In this document: positions 28,001 through 38,291 of the stretch, one piece after another
Layout: every line of letters begins with the position of its first letter
Position numbering within the stretch: position 1 is the stretch's first letter
NCBI GenBank assembly: GCA_002269645.1
Contig: NIVC01000708.1
Span: 62,001-126,000 of the forward strand
Source of the DNA: Macrostomum lignano
Lineage: Eukaryota
Reading direction: 5' to 3'
DNA length: 64,000 bases
The notes under the pieces: generated by a model
Database searches by the model: none
Seen by the model: the letters and a program-made list of their open reading frames with translations, nothing else
Told to the model about the DNA's origin: nothing
Made by a program: the position numbers and the translations under genes

Positions 28001-30232
28001 GGCGCCGCCACCGCATCTGATGGTACTTCCGCGGCCGGCAGCTGGTGGGAAGGATTAGCGGTGAAAGCTGCCTGCTCCGGCCGGGTCCCCGTTTCCATAC
28101 TTTAATGGGGCCGGGATTTCGAAATCGGCCGGATCTGTTTTCCCGCTCAGTTCCCCCCCCCCCCCCTGACCCGAAGCCTGACCTCGCAACCAACGGTTGC
28201 TAGTGCTAGCAACTGGAGATCTTGCTTCTTTTCTTCACCCAGTCAACATTTGAGTGAAGAGTGACGCACTGCTGCCTGAATCAGTGCGTGCGTACACTGT
28301 GCCCCCCTGCCAGCCCAAGTCCTGTTAAACCCGGCTGCTGGTGGCGAAAGGGGAATGAATCATTAGGCCTTCCTGGAAACGCTGTCCGTTGGTATTATTA
28401 TCCTGTGCACTGCATTAACTTGGTCTCTTTGGGTGCTGGGCTAGATTAGCAATCCATTTTATTCCTTCATCAGTGATGTTGGCTAGATTAGCAATCCGTT
28501 CTATTCCTTCATCAGTGATATTGGCTAGATTAGCAATCCATTCTATTCCTGCATCGGTGGTGTTGGCTAGCTTAGCAATACATTCATGTGTTTATCCACT
28601 GACACACATGAGGGCAGAGCAGTGAACTTGTTGTTTACTCATACCCCCTCTCCCTCATCCCCAAATAACTCGCACTCTCGGTAAGCTGTGCTCAAATCAG
28701 CTGGCAATCTCGCTGCCCAGTCAGCTGTGAGGCAGTACTCCGTTATCGCCCTCGCTCCGCCACCCCAAGGCCGACAAATTGGGAAGATTTCAGCCAAGTG
28801 AGGAATGCGACTTATATTCCTCAGCCTTCAGTTTGTCCTTTTACAGTCTCTATTTTAAGGTGAAATCTATCGCATGGATTTCATTTTCACTGCGTGTCCA
28901 CTGCGAGGACTTACATTAGCTCCCGGTTCTACTTGCATCACTAGCATATGTTAATTAGGCTACTACAGCTTACTAGAATCACTAGCATATGTTAATTAGG
29001 CTACTACAGCTTACTAGAATCACTAGCATATGTTATTTAGGCTACTACAGCTTACTTGCATCACTAGCATATGTTAATTAGGCTACTACAGCTTACTAGA
29101 ATCACTAGCATATGTTATTTAGGCTACTACAGCTTACTTGCATCACTAGCATATGTTAATTAGGCTACTACAGCTTACTTGAATCACTAGCATATGTTAA
29201 TTAGGCTACTACAGCCTTACTTGCATCACTAGAATATGTTAATTAGGCTACTACAGCTTACTTGCATCACTAGCATATTTTAATTAGGCTACTACAGCTT
29301 ACTAGAATCACTAGCATATGTTAATTAGGCTACTACAGCTTACTAGAATCACTAGCATATGTTAATTAGGCTACTACAGCCTTACTTGCATCACTAGAAT
29401 ATGTTAATTAGGCTACTACAGCTTACTAGAATCACTAGCATATGTTAATTAGGCTACTACAGCTTACTTGAATCACTAGCATATGTTAATTAGGCTACTA
29501 CAGCCTTACTTGCATCACTAGAATATGTTAATTAGGCTACTACAGCTTACTAGAATCACTAGCATATGTTAATTAGGCTACTAAAGCTTACTTGCATCAC
29601 TAGCATATGTTAATTAGGCTACTACAGCTTACTTGAATCACTAGAATATGTTAATTAGGCTACTACAGCTTACTAGAATCACTAGCATATGTTAATTAGG
29701 CTACTACAGCTTACTAGAATCACTAGCATATGTTAATTAGGCTACTACAGCTTACTAGAATCACTAGCATATGTTAATTAGGCTACTACAGCTTACTTGC
29801 ATCACTAGAATATGTTAATTAGGCTACTACAGCTTACTTGCATCACTAGCATATTTTAATTAGGCTACTACAGCTTACTAGAATCACTAGCATATGTTAA
29901 TTAGGCTACTACAGCTTACTAGAATCACTAGCATATGTTAATTAGGCTACTACAGCTTACTTGCATCACTAGCATACGTGAATTCGTCTTGCTGGCAGTA
30001 CAGTCTCAAGAAGCCCGGTGCATCTCCGTCGCTGTCGCGGTTGTCGCCGCTGGCGTCACCTTCTGCTCCGGCTGAGATCAATCCGGTTTCAAAGATGCGA
30101 ACACATTGCACAGCACCGGGAGAGAATGAAATAACAATTCGAGCTCGACTCACCTTGCTGAACTGCCTGGCTCAGCAGCAGTCCGGTGCAGCACAGAATC
30201 AGCAGCCGCTGCCAGCAGCATGGGGCGCTCAT
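16046..30232 (-). CDS. sol-1: SOL-1-like (suppressor of lurcher 1) secreted/anchored protein with five CUB domains, ~826 aa
   Basis: complement join of 30154..30232, 25382..25571, 23678..23886, 21744..22250, 19936..20140, 18676..19427, 18254..18467, 17309..17514, 16046..16164 = 2481 nt. All introns GT-AG with matching phases 1,2,1,1,2,1,2,1. Signal peptide MSAPCCWQRLLILCCTGLLLSQA; CUB motifs (GVFKSPRHPQPYP, GRFFSPRHPQNYP, GSFTSPNYPHAYP); hydrophobic C-terminal tail. Orthology is by recollected similarity. Confidence 0.8.
16230..17275. repeat. Intronic minisatellite, ~29-30-nt unit CTGACCCATCACATCCCTCACTGACACCC(C)
   Basis: Fills the last intron of the CUB gene. Confidence 0.93.
17555..18170. 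repeat. Two adjacent intronic 20-nt minisatellites (CTGGGAGTGACTGAGAGCAG; GGGAGTTACAGAAACCGACA)
   Basis: Direct tandem repetition, switching unit at ~17890. Confidence 0.9.
18530..18665. repeat. Short intronic minisatellite GCAGGCCTCCCAGCCAATC
   Basis: About 7 copies within a 208-nt intron. Confidence 0.85.
19495..19910. repeat. Degenerate intronic repeat (AAAATTTGGGATCTG-like)
   Basis: Recurrent GGGATCT/AATCCC motifs. Confidence 0.75.
20205..21690. repeat. Intronic ~34-nt minisatellite (CTTCAGAAGGCCCTGCTTCTCGAATCCTCAGGAA-like) interrupted by a LINE fragment
   Basis: Array at ~20205-20408 resumes at 21078-21690. Confidence 0.85.
20409..21077 (+). mobile_element. 5'-truncated LOA-like non-LTR retrotransposon (RNase H C-terminus, CCHC finger, 3' UTR)
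   Basis: IPGHAGFPGNELADTLAK (RNase H), CPFCECDNEDAQHFVCHC after a frameshift near 20743, tail ctgcagctaagtcaagtaag. 17-bp TSD TCCCCCTTCTCGAATCC at 20392-20408 and 21078-21094. Confidence 0.9.
22251..22970. repeat. 42-nt minisatellite whose minus-strand unit is a complete 3' splice-site module
   Basis: Minus-strand unit AGCAGCACTGACACACACTGTGTCCTCTCCCTCACCCGGCAG, ~17 copies; the exon-proximal copy is the real acceptor of exon 21744..22250. Confidence 0.93.
23293..23660. repeat. Intronic minisatellite, 17-nt unit GCTGTGTGAGCAGGGAG
   Basis: Direct tandem repetition. Confidence 0.93.
23990..24400. repeat. Intronic minisatellite, 11-nt unit AAA(A/C)CACACCT
   Basis: Direct tandem repetition. Confidence 0.9.
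25037..25362. repeat. Intronic minisatellite, 14-nt unit CCAGATATTCTACT
   Basis: Direct tandem repetition. Confidence 0.93.
28915..29978. repeat. Intronic minisatellite, 41-nt unit TCACTAGCATATGTTAATTAGGCTACTACAGCTTACTAGAA
   Basis: About 25 copies in intron 1 of the CUB gene. Confidence 0.95.
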
Positions 30233-30791
30233 CCCGCTGCCAGCTCGGCCCAACGACTCTTGCGAGGAAACTGAGGATTCTGGCGCCCGGCCAGAGTTGG
30301 GAGTCGAGTTTGATGGGGAATAAACTTGCAGGGGCGATGGTATCCACTGCCAGGTGGACAGCAGCTTATACCACTGGCTCGGCGGTACAGCGGGAATTTG
30401 CTGGCTCATTCATCACGGGCGACTCAGATCCCAACTGACTACAATCTACCGCCAGGAAGTTATTGCTGCTTTTTGCGGGCAGAAGATGATAAAGCGATCA
30501 CCGGTTAACCTCGAGGCTCTCGTGGTGAATTCAATATTTTGTGAGGAAGCGAGCGTCGCTTCTGGGGAGCGGGATTGGACAGCCCGGGGCTGAGGCCAAT
30601 GATTGGAGCGGTGGGGGATCTGGTGGGGATTTCAGGAAACAATGGAAATCGCAGTGCGATCAAGGCGGTCTCTGGGCAGACACACTGGAAGCTGTCTTAG
30701 TAGTTCAGAGCTTCAACTGAAACAAGGTAATTTTCCATGGCCTTGAACTGCAGCACATTGATGGCGAAAAGGTGATGCAAAGGGTGAAGAT

Positions 30792-31410
30792 GACAGTGAC
30801 AGAAGTGACACAGTGACAGAAGTGACACAGTGACAGAAGTGACACAGTGACAGAAGTGACACAGTGACAGAAGTGACACAGTGACAGAAGTGACACAGTG
30901 ACAGAAGTGACACAGTGACAGAAGTGACACAGTGACAGAAGTGACACAGTGACAGAAGTGACACAGTGACAGAAGTGACACAGTGACAGAAGTGACACAG
31001 TGACAGAAGTGACACAGTGACAGAAGTGACACAGTACCAGAAGTGACACAGTGACAGAAGTGACACAGTAACAGAAGTGACACAGTAACAGAAGTGACAC
31101 AGTGACAGAAGTGACACAGTGACAGAAGTGACACAGTACCAGAAGTGACACAGTGACAGAAGTGACACAGTAACAGAAGTGACACAGTAACAGAAGTGAC
31201 ACAGTGACAGAAGTGACACAGTGACAGAAGTGACACAGTACCAGAAGTGACACAGTGACAGAAGTGACACAGTGACAGAAGTGACACAGTGACAGAAGTG
31301 ACACAGTACCAGAAGTGACACAGTGACAGAAGTGACACAGTAACAGAAGTGACACAGTGACAGAAGTGACACAGTGACAGAAGTTACAGTGACAGAAGGA
31401 ATACGGTGAC
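30792..31410. repeat. Minisatellite, 17-nt unit GACAGAAGTGACACAGT
   Basis: Direct tandem repetition. Confidence 0.95.
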
Positions 31411-32026
31411 AGAAGCTCAGGCTCATCCAGTCATCGAAAACTCATCTGCTAGCAGAGTTTATGACCTCGCCGCCATGGAATAGGATTCACTGACCTGCTG
31501 TTTCAGAGCGATCATCTGCAGTGCCAGCCCATGCGAAGCTGCAGCGGCAGTCGCAGCACCGATGCGGCCTCATCCTCTGCAACTGCTGTGTAAGGGTTTA
31601 GTAGAGAGAATATGCTTCTCTTCGATGTGTTTTTAGTGCATTTTTTGTTAGAATGTACATGGCATACATGTTTTTTAACAGATAATTGAAAAGCAGAAGT
31701 GCGGTACACTCTATTTCTTGGGAACATTTTGAAGATGCCTAAAAGCTTCGTTAATCGAGCTTAGCATGTGTAAGTTCTTCGTTAAAACCAACGCCTCAGA
31801 CATGTTGACTACTCGTACATCATACTTTTCCAGTGAGATAATGCTTTTAATTTTCTTTACTATTTTTTAATAGGCCCAATAAACTAAAATCTAACCCTTT
31901 TATTAGGTTCAGTGCGTGCAGCTTGCTGATTGGCGCTCAGAATGTACACTTGATAAGTAGAGATGTACACTGTCTGACTAAGGGCTGGTCCAATTAACGA
32001 GCTCCGCGAGTCGTTTCAGTCTACAA

Positions 32027-32097
32027 GCATCGGTGGTTCAGTGGTAGAATGCTCGCCTGCCACGCGGGCGGCCCGGGTTCGATTCCCGGCCGATGCA
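32027..32097 (+). tRNA. trnG: tRNA-Gly (GCC)
   Basis: 71-nt GCATCGG...CCGATGCA cloverleaf, anticodon GCC, intact A and B boxes, T-run terminator downstream. Confidence 0.97.
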
Positions 32098-33305
32098 AAA
32101 ATTTTTTTCTACTGGTGTCTCATCAAGTGTTAAACTCTGTAATAATGGAAAAAATAATCATATTTTCTTAACTAATTTAATGCTACCGCTTATTGCTGCG
32201 TCCAGCCTTGAGTTTTGCTGAGCCTCAATAACATATTTTCATATAAACCCGAAATTTCACAATGTCAAAATACGCTGAAGAGATAGGAGGCTATTCATCT
32301 TTGTTTAAATTGCAGGTTTGTAAATTTTTTGGGTTTATGTATTTGCAATGCTGTGAAATGGCTGGCTAAGCTTAAGGTTTTCAATGTTGTAAAATTTCGG
32401 TCTTATGAAAATTCGAGGTTGTGAAAGGCAGTGTCTTTCGACTTTGTGAAAAATTGGATTTGTGAAACGACCCCCGTAAGTCTTAAAAAATTACAAAAAA
32501 TGCATTATCTATTTCGTGAAATAACCTTTAAGACAAAAGGTTACTCAGATTTTTCTTAAGAAGAGATTCGAATTTTGCTACTTGAAGTAGAAGACAAAGA
32601 ACGAGTTTTAGAAGAGCAAAAACTAAAAAAGCAATATTTTAAGCATTTGAAATGTTAAATTTTAGACAACCATCCGGATGCTAGTCTCTTGAGTCCGCTC
32701 GAGTCTCCTCTCTAACCATCCATTGACTCTCCTTCATCTCATATACTCCCTTCAGAAGCTGTATGCATGATGTTCGCTGAGAAAACTGATAGCTCTGTAT
32801 TTGGACAACCGCAAGCACCAGCAAGCACGCTGAGCAGATCGTCCGTGTGAAGCAGGGCAAAGCGTCGAACGAAAAATCAATGCCAAGGCAATGTTATCGA
32901 ATGGAGAAGCGTAGAGGACAAGGTAAATCATGTACTGTGTTCCCTCATACTGAATGGCGCTGATGCGGCTGTTATAAAACATCGATTCTTGCTACTTCAT
33001 CATCATCGCGTGACTGACTGCACAGCCCGGGACTGTCTGTTCAGCTCCTGTGCAGCCTGGGCTGATTTTGTGTTTGATTTTTCCTGATCCACTCCGTTCA
33101 CCGTTCGTCGCCTTGTCTGTCCGTCAAAAAAGCATGTTTGGCGAGATTAATCATATTGATTTGCAATGTGTTTTTTTAACTATAGGCAACTAACTATAAG
33201 TACATATTTTACGCTTGTACAGTGCGCCTACTGACAAGAGATGTACACTGCCTAACTTGGGGCGCAGGTCCTATCAAACGGCTCCGAGTGTCTCTTGGAT
33301 AACAA

Positions 33306-33376
33306 GCATCGGTGGTTCAGTGGTAGAATGCTCGCCTGCCACGCGGGCAGCCCGGGTTCTATTCCCGGCCGATGCA
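33306..33376 (+). tRNA. trnG: tRNA-Gly (GCC) variant, possibly pseudogene
   Basis: Same as the 32027 copy except variable loop CGGC>CAGC and T-loop TTCGATT>TTCTATT (B-box change). Confidence 0.8.
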
Positions 33377-34309
33377 GCAACTTTTTCGCACCGATACAAA
33401 CGTCTCCAGATAAACAAAACGCGAAGAACGAGTTGAAATTCCGTCAGCCTGCCGATCCACGCATGCGAGAGAGATGGAGTGGGGATAAGCCAGACAGACA
33501 AGTGCGCCCATTTCTCACTGCTTCTGCATGGAAACTTCTTTTGCAGCATTTGCGGAACACTAGCAGCAATTCGAACACTTTAGCAGAGAGCCTAAAATCC
33601 CTCCTATCCGGCCCCCAGTTCCCCGGGGGAAGCTGGAAAGATACAAACTAAGATAGAGGCGCTCCCGTGTCCCCGGATTAGCCGAAGAGAAGGAACCATC
33701 AGCCTCCTCTTCTGAGCCGCATCAGAAATATGCCGAGACTGCATGGGTTTTAGAGCTGCACCTACACGAGTTCACTCGCAAAATGGAGCTCGAGCCGCTT
33801 TCCCATTGGAAGGTTATTAATAATAATAATTGGCATTCTCAAGCTTATGCCGCGTGCCCCTATTTCTCACTCTCTCATTCGTTGGCCAGATCCCACAGTC
33901 GTGAGGGAAATTAATGGAATTTTCCCATTTATTTTACCACCCTCCGCGCAACGGTGAAAGCTGCGCGGTCGCCCCTTGGTTGGTGCCTAAGCTGAGTCGC
34001 TGAAGGGTCACAGCTGCTTCTGGGTGAAAGTTCGGGTCCGCGGGGGACCGGAGCGCGATGAGTACAGCCGCCCAGCATCCGGGTGAAGAAATATTGGCTC
34101 ACTTCCCAGTGTTATAAAATTGATTGCAATGCAACTCGCTCCGTCCCTTCGTCTCTCCCGCTCGTGTCTCTTTGCACTATTCACTTGAATGATCCACCCG
34201 GGTGGATCCACCCGAGTGCTTATGGGAGGCTTCTGTAGATGATTTGAAATAATGTTGGATCCCAGAGTCACGCTTTTATACACGCGGCTTGCTCCACTCT
34301 CAGTGTCCC

Positions 34310-34600
34310 TTTGGAGTCACTCCATGCACCGACACAGAATCTCACAGTTGGGTCAGCAGCTGGGTCACTCCATGCTCCGACACAGAATCTCACAGTCAGC
34401 GGCTGGGTCACTCCATGCTCCGACACAGAATCTCACAGTCAGCAGCTGGGTCACTCCATGCTCCGACACAGAATCTCACAGTTGGGTCAGCAGCTGGGTC
34501 ACTCCATGCTCCGACACAGAATCTCACAGTTGGGTCAGCAGCTGGGTCACTCCATGCTCCGATACAGAGTCTCACAGTTGGGTCAGCAGCTGGGCAACCT
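34310..34600. repeat. Minisatellite, ~48-nt unit GGGTCACTCCATGCTCCGACACAGAATCTCACAGTTGGGTCAGCAGCT
   Basis: Tandem copies with internal deletions. Confidence 0.88.
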
Positions 34601-35949
34601 ACAGTTAGCTTTGTTGCTACTAAAGCAGTTCCTATAGAATTCAATCTGCATGTCTTATAAATTTAGTAGCATCCTTTCTCCGATGCCGCGTTGAAGATAA
34701 CCCCTGAATTGGCTCAATTCGCATGGCAAACCGCAGCATTGTGCGAATCACCACGGCATCATACGCGTACAAACTCGACCTGGACAAATTCAAACCGCCA
34801 CTGTGGAGGAAAAACGATTTCTAAACAAGTTGCAAACCATAAAAGATGATGACGAAGCCGGGCAATTTAATCGAGAGCCCACAGAGTTTGGCAGCTTAAG
34901 CGCCAAGACGATGAGGGCCGGAGGAGGCGAGGCTTAGGAGGTGTGGACACAGTGGAGTCCCGGCCTCTCCTCACCCACTTTCAGCACTTCATGCGCTATC
35001 GCACGCGCCAGCTCCTCGGCAGCGAATTCCCCTCTCCTCTCCTCTCGGCATCGCCTCTCCATCTCCTCATAGGCCTGCCGTGCGACCCCCAGCCTCTCAC
35101 AGCCTCTTTTTTCATTTGGAATGCCGTGACGTGACACAGACGCGGGCCGCGCAGGGTCGTAGAGTGGAAGCAGAGTCTTGCAGGAGCCCGGGCACGCGGC
35201 CCTTGTAAGTCGCCCTGCTTGACATGCCGCAGCTTCAGGTCTGCGGGATCTCTCTCACACAATTCCCCCTTCACCCAGTTCTCAGCATCCCCTCTCTTCC
35301 TTACAGCCTCATCCCGCTACAGGCGCATCTTCCTGTCCTGCGCGCGAGGGCACAAAAGCCTGCAGCCTGCAAGATCTGGCCGCAGTCTGTGTGGCAAAGT
35401 GCGGTGCGACCCGCGGCTGATGGGAAGGCCAGACTGAAGTGGCCAAACTCCTCAGCCAGGCCCTGATTAGCTGATCAGCAACAGACTCATCGCCCCGTCA
35501 CCCTGCTGACACGCACGCAAGACGCGTATCAAATTAATCCCTAAAAATCCTACTGCCAGCCGTCTCACCGAAAAGCTTTTTCGCGTGGGCTGCTCAGCAG
35601 GAAAGAAGCATTCATTTGCAGCTTCTTTCAGCCCACATTGTTTTTGCCTGCTCAACCAGCTGTAAGAGCGTGCAGCTCGGCAGATCCGCTCCGAGGATCT
35701 TTAATCTTGCCGGTCGTTGCAGGTGTCACTGTTGCATGCTCCGTGAGCCACGAAGCCAGACGTGACAGCTCATATGCACCCATACATGTACTTTTAAGCT
35801 ACTCAGGTGTTGCAGGCACCCAGTTGCCACCAAGGACAACTACTGATATCTGATATACTGCTAGTGGTACTTGGTTGCCACATGCTGCAAATCTGTAGTT
35901 GTGCATGTACCAACAGAAGGCGCTGACGAAAATCACCTGCAGTTCCGCC

Positions 35950-36940
35950 ACAAACACCCAGTTTTCGGTGGGCGCCACAAACAACCAATTTTCGGTGGGC
36001 GCCACAAACACCCAGCTTTCGGTGAGTGCCACAAAACCGTTTTCGGTGGGCGTCACAAACAACCAGTTTTCGGTGGGCGCCACAAACAACCAGTTTTCGG
36101 TGGGCGCCACAAACAACCAGTTTTCGGTGGGCGTCACAAACAACCAGTTTTCGGTGGGCGCCACAAACAACCAGTTTTCGGTGGGCGCCACAAACAACCA
36201 GTTTTCGGTGGGCGCCACAAACAACCAGTTTTCGGTGGGCGCCACAAACAACCAGTTTTCGGTGGGCGCCACAAACACCCAGTTTTCGGTGGACGCTACA
36301 AACACCCAGCTTCCTGTGGGCGCCACAAACACCCAGTTTTCGGTAGACGCCACAAACACACACCAAGCTTCTTGTGGGTGCCACAAACAACCAGTTTTCG
36401 GTAGACGCCACAAACACACACCAAGCTTCTTGTGGGTGCCACAAACAACCAGTTTTCGGTAGACGCCACAAACACCCAGTTTTCGGTGGACGCCACAAAC
36501 ACCCAGTTTTCGGTGGACGCCACAAACACCCAGTTTTCGGTGGGCGCCACAAACACCCAGTTTTCGGTGGACGCCACAAACACCCAGTTTTCGGTGGACG
36601 CCACAAACACCCAGTTTTCGGTGGACGCCACAAACACCCAGCTTTCGGTGAGTGCCACAAAACCGTTTTCGGTGGGCGCCACAAACAACCAGTTTTCGGT
36701 GGGCGCCACAAACAACCAGTTTTCGGTGGGCGCCACAAATACCCAGTTTTCGGTGGACGCTACAAACACCCAGTTTTCGGTGGACGCCACAAACACCCAG
36801 CTTCCGGTGGACGCTACAAACACCCAGCTTCCGGTGGACGCTACAAACACCCAGCTTCCGGTGGACGCTACAAACACCCAGCTTCCGGTGGACGCTACAA
36901 ACACCCAGCTTCCGGTGGACGCTACAAACACCCAGTTTTC
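35950..36940. repeat. Minisatellite, 27-nt unit GCCACAAACAACCAGTTTTCGGTGGGC
   Basis: Direct tandem repetition. Confidence 0.93.
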
Positions 36941-38291
36941 CAGAAATTTCCCTACAATTTGAAGGCACTTCTAATAAGCGACAATGATCAATTGCACGTA
37001 CATATGTAGAAAAGGGCGGCTGTCTTACCAGTAGCTAAACAGAGGCTCGCAACAATTCCGGCCCTTTAAAAACGACCTATACGACCTTTTTTAGTAAACG
37101 CAGGATAACGCAAGAGTAATATAGAATGAAAAACCAATCATTCCAAGATCAAGCTTATGTAGCATGCTGTAGACATGCAACTTGGCAGAAAGGAACTGTC
37201 GGTAAACGGTTTCTGATTGGATGGGACTGAAGGAACCAACCAAGGCTTTCCGTCGCATTTGGCTGAGGTGCAACTTCTTACAGCAACTAAGCAATATCTC
37301 TTGACAAGGGCGTTTAATACGCTCAAAATGTCTCATCAAAGTCACATCGACTCAAGCTCAGCTCACGGTGGGTGCCTTAGTGGGGGGAGTGTCACAGGGC
37401 CAGACAGCCTATTCAGCTGCGCACTAACCATGACCAGCTCCGCTTAACCTTCAACTCTGCCCAACCAACAAGATTCCAATAAAGTCCCCCTGCACTAGCA
37501 CTAACCTAGGTTCAAAGCCGAATCAAATGTAACCTAAATCGCATGCAATAAACTTGAACCAGATGCTGCAGACAAACTGGAGATGGGGCTGCGATTGCCA
37601 AATTGAATCCTGTACAGAAATGAGGGACAGACAGAGTAACAAGCGGAACAGGCCCGCCGGCTTCAAAAGCAATAAGTGAGAAGCCAAGGACTGAGCAATT
37701 TGCTAAGATGGATTTTCTTAGCTGATTTATCAGTAAAACCGAGGTCAGATTGAAAGCGAAATCAGAACGCCGCACGCGCTACTTACAGTAATAAAAATGT
37801 TGGATAAAGAAACAACAGCAAGGCAAACATATTTGGCTCTATTAACTTGTTAAAGATTTTTTTCTCATTTTATTTAGTAAATTGCCAATTACTCCGGAAA
37901 ACAGTCAACGAAAGCTACACCAACACTCTGATTCATGTTTTAAGCACGAGGACACAAAGCACAGCGGCCGCACCCACTGCAATGGGGGGAGAGATTTTAG
38001 GGCATTAGGAAGGACACACGGGATCAGTCCAGATCACCAAACTGGCTGCTGACGAGCGGTACTCGGCACGAATGAGTGAGTTAGAAGTTAGCATGCTCTG
38101 GGCGCGATTCATTCTTAAGAAATGTTTTTTAATGAACTACGGATGCTGACGAAGAGATTGACGAGAAATAATGTTAAGAGAGAGAGAGGGGGACAGAGGA
38201 GCAGCTCAGGCGTGATGGGGCCATTCACGAGACGAGGCGTCAGTCGAGGCCAAACAAACGGCGCCAAGCAGGCTGGTCCGGAAAGGCCGCG

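Noticed and set aside
28440-28580. Possible hammerhead (CUGAUGA in a ~42-nt repeat, minus strand)
   Set aside because: No GAAA core or stems I-III. CTGATGA hits at ~3973, ~8173 and ~54780 also lack the fold.
32690-35900. Protein-like fragments around the tRNA pair and 34.7-35.9 kb
   Set aside because: Stops in all frames, no identifiable motif.
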